Both the position numbers and the translations under genes were made by a program. Positions 43,718-52,518 of a stretch of 64,000 nt of DNA are shown here, in pieces. Below the pieces are notes generated by a model. That model was not told where the DNA came from and ran no database searches. It worked only from the letters and a program-made list of their open reading frames with translations. The stretch is taken from the NCBI GenBank assembly GCA_964406075.1, contig CAYOQI010000003.1, forward strand, positions 12,718-76,717, given 5' to 3'. The DNA is from an uncultured Pseudomonadales bacterium (GTDB lineage: Bacteria; Patescibacteriota; Microgenomatia; UBA1400; PJMF01). How positions within the stretch are numbered: position 1 is the stretch's first letter; each line of letters starts with the position of its first letter.

Positions 43718-43917
43718 ACTCGTTTCTTCAAAATTTTTGACGAGGCATCTTTTTACGATGTTTTCCGTCTGAAAATGAGGAAATCTTGATGATCATCCAG
43801 ATCATCGTTCGTTCACATGTTCGAAGATAAGAGTGTCCTGCACTTCGTGCTGATTATTTTGGTCGGTAGGGAGTGCAGAACACTATCGAAAATAAGTCAA
43901 AAAAGAAAGAGAAGAAG

Positions 43918-44784
43918 ATGAAATTCCAGAGAAAGTACATTCAGACTGCTCCGGATGGCACTGCAAAGTATGTGCCTGCTGCTGAAGCAAGTGAGGAAGT
44001 TGAAATGACAGCCGCTGATGAGAATCTCCAAGAGGTGGAGGAACGTGAAGAGGAGATCGAAGAAGTGGCAGATGTCGAAGTTCGTAAGTACCATTGGACA
44101 GACGATCTGCTCGATGAGTTGAACAGGGTTTTAGCGATTTTGTTAGCTGGGGCGATGGATTTTGCTCTTTTTCAAGATCGTAGCCGAACATCACTATACA
44201 TGGTCATCTTAATGACCTTTTTAGTGACAGAGATCCTTGAATTTATCGGGATCCGTCGAGGGTTTTCAAAGCAACGAAGATGGATCTTGCGTTTTATTAT
44301 CGCATTTCTAATCGTTGTGTTTGCTGAAATTTTCATTGGCTCCAAATACCCAACAATAGGTTTCAAAGATTTGTTTCTTTGTGGGGCGTTAGGATTTTTC
44401 TTGTCGTTGTCTACGTTGGACAATGACTACAAAGCTAGGCGGTTTTTACATAGCAGGGTAACCGGACAACTCACTAGACAACCATTGTTTCTGATCACTT
44501 TCTTAGTTTTTGTGGTCGTTTTTTCGCTCATTGTAGGAATTCGGCTTGGTCCACTTTTTGACCAAGGGCCTATTTATGTTCCTTCTGTTGTTTTGACACC
44601 TGTTGGACTAAATAATTGTCCGAAAGGAGTAGATGTTGCGTGGACATTTGCTCCACGAGTACGAATTGGAACAATTTCGCGTAGTCAGGAGCCTGATAGC
44701 TTAGGTCAATGCCCTATCTGGAATAGTCAAACAAATTCTGGATTCTGGGCGAAACCTGGAGAGTTAACCTTATACTCTCCGTAA
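43918..44784 (+). CDS. Polytopic membrane protein with acidic N-terminal region, function unknown
   Basis: It has an acidic N-terminus (EEVEMTAADENLQEVEEREEEIEEV) and about 5 TM helices. The ATG at 43918 follows a purine-rich tract. The alternative GTG at 43873 lies inside a predicted stem. Confidence 0.55.
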   Translation: MKFQRKYIQTAPDGTAKYVPAAEASEEVEMTAADENLQEVEEREEEIEEVADVEVRKYHWTDDLLDELNRVLAILLAGAMDFALFQDRSRTSLYMVILMTFLVTEILEFIGIRRGFSKQRRWILRFIIAFLIVVFAEIFIGSKYPTIGFKDLFLCGALGFFLSLSTLDNDYKARRFLHSRVTGQLTRQPLFLITFLVFVVVFSLIVGIRLGPLFDQGPIYVPSVVLTPVGLNNCPKGVDVAWTFAPRVRIGTISRSQEPDSLGQCPIWNSQTNSGFWAKPGELTLYSP

Positions 44785-44811
44785 CTCTTCGAACATTTCG
44801 TTTATTTAGTG

Positions 44812-44840
44812 AAACCTCGGTTGGATACCGAGGTTTTTTT
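44812..44840 (+). terminator. Rho-independent terminator
   Basis: AACCTCGG (44813-44820), a 7-nt loop, CCGAGGTT (44828-44835), then a T-run to 44840. Confidence 0.8.
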
Positions 44841-44858
44841 GCAGCTATTTAGCTCCAG

Positions 44859-44887
44859 ATGACAAAATAAAACCCCTCTGGTATACT
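44859..44887 (+). promoter_or_regulatory. Promoter of the rpsF-ssb-rpsR operon
   Basis: ATGACA (44859-44864), a 17-nt spacer, then TG-g-TATACT (TATACT 44882-44887). Confidence 0.5.
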
Positions 44888-44893
44888 ACACTC

Positions 44894-44968
44894 CTTAAAC
44901 ATGTCTGCCTCTGATAGAAGACTATCAAGAGTCCAAATAGCCTGCAGACACTGATGAAGGGCATCTAT
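44894..44968 (+). promoter_or_regulatory. Structured 5' leader of rpsF (candidate S6:S18 autoregulatory leader)
   Basis: The outer stem pairs TGTCTGC (44902-44908) with GCAGACA (44944-44950). It encloses an inner imperfect hairpin, CTGATAG...CTATCA(A)G. The leader sits between the promoter and the S6 start. Confidence 0.3.
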
Positions 44969-45316
44969 ATGAAAAACCAAACCTACGAATTCGTCGTCAT
45001 GCTTTCGCCGGAATTATCCGAGCAAGACTTGACCCGCAAACAAGACGCTATCCTTGATTTCGTCAAGAAATATAAAGGAAAAGTTGAGAGTACGGACGTC
45101 TGGGGACGTAAACCTTTAGCCTACAAAATCACTAAATTTTCCGAAGCATTTTACGTTTTTTACACAGTAACTCTTCCCAAAGAAAATGTACAAAAATTTG
45201 ATAATGATATCCATTTGATGGAAGGTGTCATCCGATACCTGATCGTTATTCATGATGCAAAAGCTCCAGTCGTGGCAAAGCCAGCTGAAGCAGAAGCTCC
45301 TGTGGCTACAGAGTAA
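44969..45316 (+). CDS. rpsF: 30S ribosomal protein S6
   Basis: YEFVVMLSPELSEQDLTRKQDAILDFVKKYKGKVESTDVWGRKPLAYKI. AAGGG lies upstream of the ATG at 44969. Confidence 0.92.
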   Translation: MKNQTYEFVVMLSPELSEQDLTRKQDAILDFVKKYKGKVESTDVWGRKPLAYKITKFSEAFYVFYTVTLPKENVQKFDNDIHLMEGVIRYLIVIHDAKAPVVAKPAEAEAPVATE

Positions 45317-45430
45317 GTTTCGGGGAATGTTGAAGTTTTAAAAAATACGTTACAATTTAGACATATAGATATTACCCAGGATAAGAGAAGAAGCAGTTGA
45401 TACTGCACTGGGCTTGAAGAAGGAGGCAGC

Positions 45431-45919
45431 ATGTCTGTCCGTTCACTCAATAAAGTTATGCTCATCGGGAATTTGACCCGAGACCCACAATTACGTTTTA
45501 CCCCAAGTGGCACAGCAGTCTGTACCTTTGGAGTTGCAACAAATCGAAGTTGGGTACCAAGTGATAATTCTGAACGCCAAGAAGAAACAGAATTTCATAA
45601 TGTTGTTGCTTGGTCAAAGTTGGCCGAAATTTGTGGACAATTGCTTCACAAAGGTGACAAAGTCTACGTCGATGGACGTATTCGAACTCGAGATTGGAAA
45701 ACCCAAGAAGGTGAAGAACGTCGAACAACCGAAATTGTGATCGATAACATGATGTTGCTGAGTAGTTCAAATGGTGGAGGACACCGAGGTCCATCACAAG
45801 GTGATGATCAAGCTCCAGCTATGGAAGAAGGAGCAGGAATGGCTCCAAAAGCAGCCAAGCCGGTCGTAGAAGAATCAGCAGCACCAGTCGATGATGTCAG
45901 TGATGACATCCCATTTTAA
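45431..45919 (+). CDS. ssb: Single-stranded DNA-binding protein
   Basis: AGGAGG RBS. LNKVMLIGNLTRDPQLRFTPSGTAVCTFGVATNRSW forms the OB fold, followed by a Gly/Pro-rich linker and the acidic tail DDIPF. Confidence 0.93.
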   Translation: MSVRSLNKVMLIGNLTRDPQLRFTPSGTAVCTFGVATNRSWVPSDNSERQEETEFHNVVAWSKLAEICGQLLHKGDKVYVDGRIRTRDWKTQEGEERRTTEIVIDNMMLLSSSNGGGHRGPSQGDDQAPAMEEGAGMAPKAAKPVVEESAAPVDDVSDDIPF

Positions 45920-46059
45920 AATTAAGGATGATGTTAATTAATAAGAAAAGGTGAATCCACCCTTCACTCCAGATGTAGCACTAACGGCTTATTCAGCCGT
46001 ATTGCAATCTGGCAGTTACGGCGGACATCACACTATTGTAAATAAATTATGGAGTTTGT

Positions 46060-46299
46060 ATGCCAAAACCAATGATGATGAAACGCAAGCGTCGAACATC
46101 TCCAGCCCAAAAGCTGGCGAATCGCAGTATCGCGTTTGATTATAAAGATCCACGAACTTTGCATCGTTTTCTTCAAGAAGACGGAGCTATTTTGGGTCGA
46201 GATATGACTGGCTTGTCACAAAAACAGCAACGAGCCGTCACTACTCACATCAAACGAGCACGACACTTGGCCTTGTTGCCGTTTACCCAAACACTGTAA
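46060..46299 (+). CDS. rpsR: 30S ribosomal protein S18
   Basis: FDYKDPRTLHRFLQEDGAILGRDMTGLSQKQQRAVTTHIKRARHLALLPF. Confidence 0.92.
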   Translation: MPKPMMMKRKRRTSPAQKLANRSIAFDYKDPRTLHRFLQEDGAILGRDMTGLSQKQQRAVTTHIKRARHLALLPFTQTL

Positions 46300-46351
46300 G
46301 TAAGTTACTAGATGCTAGTTGTTAGCTACTAGTCAGAATATACTTTATTCG

Positions 46352-46714
46352 ATGACTGTAACTTTCAAAGATTTATTTGTATGGCAAAAATCTGTTCATT
46401 TAGTTGTCGAGATTTATAGGGTTACAGAAACATTTCCAACCAAAGAACAATTTTCGTTAACTTCTCAAATTAGAAGAGCTGCTGTTTCAATCCCTTCTAA
46501 CATTGCAGAGGGGAAGCAACGGCAAACCAGTAAAGAATTTGCTCAATTCCTTTATATTTCTTTTGGTTCTTGTGCTGAAGTTTTTACACAGTTAACAATT
46601 GCGAGGGAACTCAATTATATTTCTCCTGATGAAAGTGAGAGAATAATGTCAGAATTGAGTGAAATAGAAAAAATGCTTGGAAGTTTAATTCGAAAAATAA
46701 AAGCTAGTCCCTAA
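46352..46714 (+). CDS. Four-helix-bundle protein (23S rRNA intervening-sequence protein family)
   Basis: FKDLFVWQKSVHLVVEIYRVTETFP..EQFSLTSQIRRAAVSIPSNIAEG...EFAQFLYISFGSCAEVFTQLTIAREL is the hallmark pattern. TATACT (46339-46344) lies 7 nt upstream of the ATG. Confidence 0.85.
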   Translation: MTVTFKDLFVWQKSVHLVVEIYRVTETFPTKEQFSLTSQIRRAAVSIPSNIAEGKQRQTSKEFAQFLYISFGSCAEVFTQLTIARELNYISPDESERIMSELSEIEKMLGSLIRKIKASP

Positions 46715-46759
46715 TAGCTGGTCCCTTTACTTAACTTGCATTGCTAACTCCAGTTTGTC

Positions 46760-47989
46760 ATGATGAGTTACATGGAATCTTCACAAACTTCTGAAACAGT
46801 TACTCCTCAACCTGTTGGGATTGTACCTCCGGTAGTGCCATCAGCTCAAAATTTACCCAAGAAAAAAATGCCAAGAATTATTGGTGTCGTGGTTGTGTTG
46901 TTGTTACTCATTGCTGGTGCAGCCTTTGCTTTCAAATATGTCCAGGAGCCAGCGATTGCTCCAGAAATGCCAATTCAAACACCAAAGGAAGAGGTATCGG
47001 AGTCTATTGATACTTGGGAAATGTATACCAACGCTCAACTTGGAGTACGTTTTTATTATCCACGACGATTTCCAGGATCAGACCCAAGTAGAACGGCTGA
47101 CTTTCAAGTTTTTGACGAAGATCTAGGAAATGTAGGTATTGGAGTAGGTGATAGGGTTCCTTTTTACGTTGAGAGACTTGAAGACATAACTGCACAGAAT
47201 TATTATCAAATGCATAAAAGTGACAATACTGAGCCACTTACCTCAACATTCTTCAAAAATGCTCCAGCCTTTGAGTATATTGAACCAAGTGATATTGCAG
47301 ACCAACGGTTTTTACTCATAGAGAAATCCAAATATTTATATAGGATTCATCTTCATCCGGATAATGATCCAGAAAATTTATCAAATAAAATCCTTTCGAC
47401 ATTTCAATTCATTGATGAAAACGGCTTATTAGCGAGTGAATATAAAAACTTAGAATTTAAATACCCATCAGCTTGGAATTTTGAGACACCTGAAAACAAT
47501 GATGAAAAAACATTAAAGATAGGTAAAGATGATCACTTTATTATTTCTAGCAGGAGAGATATAGGTGGCAGTCAATGTGTCTATTCAGATACTAAAACTG
47601 AAGACATTTTGCCATGGGCAGAAGGCGTGAAACCAATATCCGATTTTACAGAATTAAGTTTTGGTTCTAGAGTTTTTCGACGTTCAAAAATAATCACTTC
47701 TTCCGGTTTTTTTACTGAAAAAGAAAAAAACCGTACAGTCTTCAGTTTTTGTCAAAAAGAACCAAGTGGTGTTTTTGGAAGCTTTGCATTTGGAGAAACT
47801 TTTTATTACGATGTCCCTGAAAATTACGATGAAAATCTCTTAAAAGAGATGGATGATATTGTTTTGAGTGCGAAGGAAATTTCAAAAGCTGAATTCTGTG
47901 GAGGAATTGCCGGGATTCTTTGTCCGGAGGGGTATCGTTGTCAGCTTGATGGAAATTACCCAGATGCTGGTGGAACATGTCAAAAGTAA
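46760..47989 (+). CDS. Bitopic hypothetical protein (Pro-rich N-tail, TM, ectodomain, C-terminal Cys-rich knot); paralog of the next gene
   Basis: The N-terminal region and TM helix ...PKKKMPRIIGVVVVLLLLIAGAAFAFKYVQEPAIAPEMP are collinear with the next gene. The C-terminus reads FCGGIAGILCPEGYRCQLDGNYPDAGGTCQK. Confidence 0.55.
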   Translation: MMSYMESSQTSETVTPQPVGIVPPVVPSAQNLPKKKMPRIIGVVVVLLLLIAGAAFAFKYVQEPAIAPEMPIQTPKEEVSESIDTWEMYTNAQLGVRFYYPRRFPGSDPSRTADFQVFDEDLGNVGIGVGDRVPFYVERLEDITAQNYYQMHKSDNTEPLTSTFFKNAPAFEYIEPSDIADQRFLLIEKSKYLYRIHLHPDNDPENLSNKILSTFQFIDENGLLASEYKNLEFKYPSAWNFETPENNDEKTLKIGKDDHFIISSRRDIGGSQCVYSDTKTEDILPWAEGVKPISDFTELSFGSRVFRRSKIITSSGFFTEKEKNRTVFSFCQKEPSGVFGSFAFGETFYYDVPENYDENLLKEMDDIVLSAKEISKAEFCGGIAGILCPEGYRCQLDGNYPDAGGTCQK

Positions 47990-48028
47990 CTATAGTAGAT
48001 ATGCATACAATTTCTTAGAGATACCACT

Positions 48029-49165
48029 ATGGATACTCCACAAACCTCCTCAATTAACACTCAAGTATCACAGTCTTCATCTGTCGCTCCTGTAACTCCA
48101 ACTATACCGAATCCAAACCCAGTACCGCCTGTGAATAAACCCAAAAAGAAATTCTCTTTATTCATAGGGGTAATTGTTCTGTTGTTAGTATTAATTGGTG
48201 GTGTAGCTTTTGCTTTTTCATATATCCAAAAACCAGCAATTGCACCGGAAGTTATGGTTTCACCATTGCCTGTTGAAACACCAACAGACAACAGCGTGGT
48301 TATGGGAGGAAAGTTGTATACGAATACAAAATTAGGATTCAGGCTTACTCATCCTGATAATTGGAAAGTTTGTGAGACTCCAGGTGTGAGATTATCTTTT
48401 ATTGATCTTGATCAAGCTTGTGCTCCTCCTTATGTTCCTTACAATCTGCAAGTGACTGAGATTGCGAACACTCAAGTGGTTGAGGATTATGTTGCGCCTG
48501 GCGATTCGGCTAATTATGTAAAGTCAGGGAAACAATCAGTAAAAATTGGAAAAAATCAATTTATTAAACAATCTTTTAAACCTATTTCAGATACTTTCGA
48601 TACTGTTTATTTTTATGATTTGATTGACCCGGTGAATAACCGAGTAATAGAGTTTTATGCAATTGGTAAGGATGTGCAAGAAGAAGTTTTAGAGAAAACT
48701 CTGTCGACGTTTGAGTTTACGGATACCAATGAAGTCATGGTTCCAGGTGACAGTCAGACTACTTACACGAATACTGCATATAGCTACTCAGTTAGTTTCC
48801 CCTCATCTTGGAAGGCATATGATCAAGCATCTGGGCCTGGTGTGTCTGTAGCAACGCCTCGCTCTGATATTGTAGATGTTATAGACAAGACTCAATCAGC
48901 ATCAATTCCGTATCCTTCTGGTGTAATAGTGTTTCAACATCATAGCGAAATTCCAGAGTTGTACACTTCTTGGACTAGAAGTGACACGAGTATTAATGGC
49001 ATACACACGAGGATATATGAAAATACTAATGAGGCCAGTGTAGTGTATATTTTCACAGCTCCGGAGATGGCATCATTTATGGAAGTGCGTTTTAATGCAA
49101 GCAAAGAAGTTCCAGCTTATAAAACTTTTGAATCAATCATCTCAACATTTAAGTTCAATCTATAG
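48029..49165 (+). CDS. Bitopic hypothetical protein; paralog of the preceding gene
   Basis: ...KPKKKFSLFIGVIVLLLVLIGGVAFAFSYIQKPAIAPEVM. It shares the LSTFEF/LSTFQF motif with its neighbour. Confidence 0.55.
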   Translation: MDTPQTSSINTQVSQSSSVAPVTPTIPNPNPVPPVNKPKKKFSLFIGVIVLLLVLIGGVAFAFSYIQKPAIAPEVMVSPLPVETPTDNSVVMGGKLYTNTKLGFRLTHPDNWKVCETPGVRLSFIDLDQACAPPYVPYNLQVTEIANTQVVEDYVAPGDSANYVKSGKQSVKIGKNQFIKQSFKPISDTFDTVYFYDLIDPVNNRVIEFYAIGKDVQEEVLEKTLSTFEFTDTNEVMVPGDSQTTYTNTAYSYSVSFPSSWKAYDQASGPGVSVATPRSDIVDVIDKTQSASIPYPSGVIVFQHHSEIPELYTSWTRSDTSINGIHTRIYENTNEASVVYIFTAPEMASFMEVRFNASKEVPAYKTFESIISTFKFNL

Positions 49166-49166
49166 A

Positions 49167-51383
49167 TTACTTCTTCTTCGCTTCTTGAGTTGCTAAAAAC
49201 TCTGCACGTTCTTGAACTTCTTCATTGGCGGGATTTATGTTTTCCAAAATGTATCTGTATTGTTCCAAGGCTTCTGATTTTTTGTTTTGAGATTCAAACA
49301 ATTTACCGAGAGCAAACCGAGCTGTGTCAAAATTTGGTTTGAGTTCAATTGATTTCTGATAACTTTGTTCGGCTTCGGCTGTGGCTTCTTTAGTCTGATA
49401 AATCACTCCCATGTCATACAATAATTTTGGTTCAGTCGGAGCGATTTTCCGTGCCATTTCCAGTGATTGGAGGGAAGCATCGTAGAAACTAGGTTCGAAC
49501 TGAGCTAAGGTTAAAAAGATCAAAGTTTGGGTCCGGTAAAAATTGAGATGAACAGGGTTGAGCTCAATAGCTTTATTGATCGAATTGATGGCTTCTGTCG
49601 CAGTTTGTGAGGCAGCTTCAGGTTCTCCTGCTTCTGCAAGTGAAAGTGTAGCTTGAGCATTAATTTTCCCTTGGAGTTCGTAGTATAAAGCTTCGTTGGG
49701 TGAAAAGAGTAATGCTTGATCAATCAACGTCAACGCATCATTCAAACGACCATCACCGTAGGCGGTTTTGGCTTTGGCATAGGTGAAATCTCCGAGCCAA
49801 ATGCTCAACACTCGCATCAAAAATACTCCAGTGAGAAGAATGGTTAATGTCAGTGCTAACAATTGGAATCGATCAAGTTTCTCAGATTTAATATTTGCTT
49901 CTTTTTTCTCCGTTTCCATACTGACTAAGGCAAAAGCCGGGAAGAGTGCCATCAGTGTACTGACGACAACAGTTGAGAATCCAAAAAAATTTGAGACATG
50001 AATGGCAATTAATCCTGAAAACAGGGAGATCGAAAGTATTTTTGTTTGGGATGTATGTTTAGAAAAAAGTATTTGAACAAAAAGGAATAGAATCATTCCT
50101 TGCAAAATCAAATACGTTCCTAATCCGACTGCTCCCGAATTTGCCAAGAAATTAAGCCACTCATTATGTGCTTTGTTATAGAGGAAATTCCATTCGGAGA
50201 CATTGTTATGTTCCACTGGTCGATCTTGGTAGTAGCTGTACGCAAAGGTTTCCACACCAGCTCCGAAGATCGGATATCGTTGCCAAACTCGGAGTGCGCC
50301 GGTCCAGACAATTTTTCTAATTTCACCTGAATCTGTCCCGCCTTGTTCAAGACGATCGACGGTAGAGGTTAGGGGTTGGGGGTTAGAGGTTAGAGGATTC
50401 GGCTGATTTTTTAATTGATCGATTGCTGAAGGAGAAAAAGGGGTGCCGAAGATGAGTGCTGCGATTAAGGGCAGGATTAACATTGAAAAACCCCACTTCG
50501 CTAAAGTTACGTGGAGCAAGGAGTTAAGAGTTTTAGTTTTATTGCTTTTAAAAATCGTGAACAATGTTCCAACAGTTAACACTGCAGTTCCTAAGATCCA
50601 TCCTAAGAATCCTGAGCGAGATTTCGTAAATAGGAGAGTCAAGAAAAGTGCTAAGGTAATGAAAAGCGAAAGAAAAAATTTGAGATCTTTCTTCTCGGAG
50701 TGTTTCCAGACAAAAAAGTTCGTAATTGGAAAAAGCATGATGACATACGCGGCAAGCCAGTTGGGTTGGCCAAAGGTTCCAAAGACACGAGTTTGTACGT
50801 CTTGAATCCAACAGCTGGCATTAAAACTGCCGGTGATTAGTAAACAGCTGGGTGAGTGACCAAAATGCTCAGGGATTGCGTAGAGCGTAATTCCTAAGCC
50901 AGCGAGTACGACTGTCCACAGCAGACGAGCTTGGTCTTTTAATTTCACATTACTGACATATGCATAATACAAAGCGGTGTAGGTGAAAGTCGAAAGCAAG
51001 CCACCATGGAAGCGAGTGTAGTAGCCTAGCCAGGAAGTACGAGGATGAAGGGAGAGGAAGGTCGAAATAATTTGTGATACGAGGAAAAGAATAATTGGAA
51101 TATCAAGCGGTGTTCGCTTCACCAAAACTTTTTTTTCAATAATTGCTCGACAAGTCCAGGCTCCGATTATTAGAACAGTAATAAGGTAGGTCAGAATCAT
51201 TTTATTAAATTCAAACAATTCCTCATTTACAGTCAGAAAAAAGAAAGGCACCAGAGCAAACAGCAGATGAAAACCGATGATGAGAGCAAGGCGAAATTGG
51301 TTTGAAAGTGGAGAAGATGAAACTGAGGTATCAGGTTGTTCAGAAAAATATTGAAGTGAAAAGAACTTGAGTAGCCAGGACAT
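49167..51383 (-). CDS. O-antigen ligase-like (Wzy_C) polytopic membrane protein fused to C-terminal TPR repeats
   Basis: It has about 12 TM helices with a large loop (RKIVWTGALRVWQRYPIFGAGVETF, NKAHNEWLNFLANSG) typical of the O-antigen ligase family. The C-terminal 200 aa look TPR-like. I placed the start at the Met before the first TM helix; the track start at 51530 would overlap mreB. Confidence 0.7.
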   Translation of the reverse strand: MSWLLKFFSLQYFSEQPDTSVSSSPLSNQFRLALIIGFHLLFALVPFFFLTVNEELFEFNKMILTYLITVLIIGAWTCRAIIEKKVLVKRTPLDIPIILFLVSQIISTFLSLHPRTSWLGYYTRFHGGLLSTFTYTALYYAYVSNVKLKDQARLLWTVVLAGLGITLYAIPEHFGHSPSCLLITGSFNASCWIQDVQTRVFGTFGQPNWLAAYVIMLFPITNFFVWKHSEKKDLKFFLSLFITLALFLTLLFTKSRSGFLGWILGTAVLTVGTLFTIFKSNKTKTLNSLLHVTLAKWGFSMLILPLIAALIFGTPFSPSAIDQLKNQPNPLTSNPQPLTSTVDRLEQGGTDSGEIRKIVWTGALRVWQRYPIFGAGVETFAYSYYQDRPVEHNNVSEWNFLYNKAHNEWLNFLANSGAVGLGTYLILQGMILFLFVQILFSKHTSQTKILSISLFSGLIAIHVSNFFGFSTVVVSTLMALFPAFALVSMETEKKEANIKSEKLDRFQLLALTLTILLTGVFLMRVLSIWLGDFTYAKAKTAYGDGRLNDALTLIDQALLFSPNEALYYELQGKINAQATLSLAEAGEPEAASQTATEAINSINKAIELNPVHLNFYRTQTLIFLTLAQFEPSFYDASLQSLEMARKIAPTEPKLLYDMGVIYQTKEATAEAEQSYQKSIELKPNFDTARFALGKLFESQNKKSEALEQYRYILENINPANEEVQERAEFLATQEAKKK

Positions 51384-51399
51384 GCAGTGAGTATAAAGG

Positions 51400-52512
51400 A
51401 TGAAGCACTTTTTACCAATGTCTTTGCTACAATGTCGAAACATGAATCTCTCAAAGGTATTGAAGATCCTTCCGGCACAGTACTCAGTCCAACCTGAACT
51501 CTTTATTGATTTGGGTTCATATTCTGTCAAAGTCCTCAGTCAGGAATCGAATTTTTTCTTGGAGGTGCCAAATTGTGTGGTGTATCACACTCAGTCAGGA
51601 GAAGTCGTATCAGTCGGCCATGAAGCAATGATGAAAGTTGGGAAATTACCACCAACTCAATCTATGGCTTGGCCGGTTCAAAGAGGAGTGATTGCTGATG
51701 TGGCTGCTCTTCAGCATGTGATCGAATACATTTTTCATCGATTTAAAGAAAAGAATAAGATGGTGGCCGGGATTTTTTTTCCTCGCGTTGTATTATCACT
51801 TCCAGAACGTTCGAGTGAAGTTGAACTTCGTGCTTTAAAAAAATGTTGGGAACAAGTTGGTGTATCGCACCTTACCTATCACTCAAATGGCTTAGCTGTG
51901 GCAGTAGCAAGTGGAGTTCGAGTAAACGAATCTCAAGGGCGGGTAATTGTTGATATTGGTTTTTCTTGCACTCAGATTTTTATTATTTCAAATGGTATTT
52001 GTATCGTGTATCGCAAAATCTTTTCAGCAGGGGATAGCTGGACCAAAGCTATCGTTCGTCAGGTAAAACACGTTCACCAAGTAGAAATCAGCTATGAGAC
52101 GGCTGAGAGTATCAAGCAAGAGTTAGGCGTGTCTCCAACAGGAGCAATCGTGTCACAAGAAGACAGTATTTCTAAAAAAACCAAAAATACTCGAGTTCCG
52201 GCAACCGTAGTTCGAGGGAGAAATATGCAGACGTTTTTCCCGACGACTGTCAAAGTAACTCAACACGATACAACTCAAGCACTGTATTTTCTCATTTCAC
52301 AATTGATGACGGGTATTCAAGAGACATTTGCAGATTTACCACCTGCATTAGTTGCTGACGTGATGAAGTATGGGATATTTTTAGTAGGTGGAAGTGCTAT
52401 CCTTCCAGGTCTAAAGGAACTGTTGTCGAAGATGCTTCAGATTGAAGTCTGGACAACCGATGAGCCAGCAACTGCGACGGTTCGAGGATTGGGAATGTTG
52501 GAAAAAAAGTAA
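51400..52512 (+). CDS. mreB: Rod-shape-determining actin homolog MreB (divergent)
   Basis: FIDLGSYSVKV (phosphate 1), VIVDIGFSCTQIFIISNG (phosphate 2), LVGGSAILPGLKELLSKMLQIEVWTTDEPATATVRGLG. The start is uncertain (51400, 51418 or 51442). Confidence 0.8.
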   Translation: MKHFLPMSLLQCRNMNLSKVLKILPAQYSVQPELFIDLGSYSVKVLSQESNFFLEVPNCVVYHTQSGEVVSVGHEAMMKVGKLPPTQSMAWPVQRGVIADVAALQHVIEYIFHRFKEKNKMVAGIFFPRVVLSLPERSSEVELRALKKCWEQVGVSHLTYHSNGLAVAVASGVRVNESQGRVIVDIGFSCTQIFIISNGICIVYRKIFSAGDSWTKAIVRQVKHVHQVEISYETAESIKQELGVSPTGAIVSQEDSISKKTKNTRVPATVVRGRNMQTFFPTTVKVTQHDTTQALYFLISQLMTGIQETFADLPPALVADVMKYGIFLVGGSAILPGLKELLSKMLQIEVWTTDEPATATVRGLGMLEKK

Positions 52513-52518
52513 TACCTT

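Noticed and set aside
45951-46139. 62-aa ORF between ssb and rpsR overlapping the rpsR start
   Set aside because: It is out of frame with and overlaps the well-supported S18 gene. It has a GTG start without an RBS and no recognisable features.
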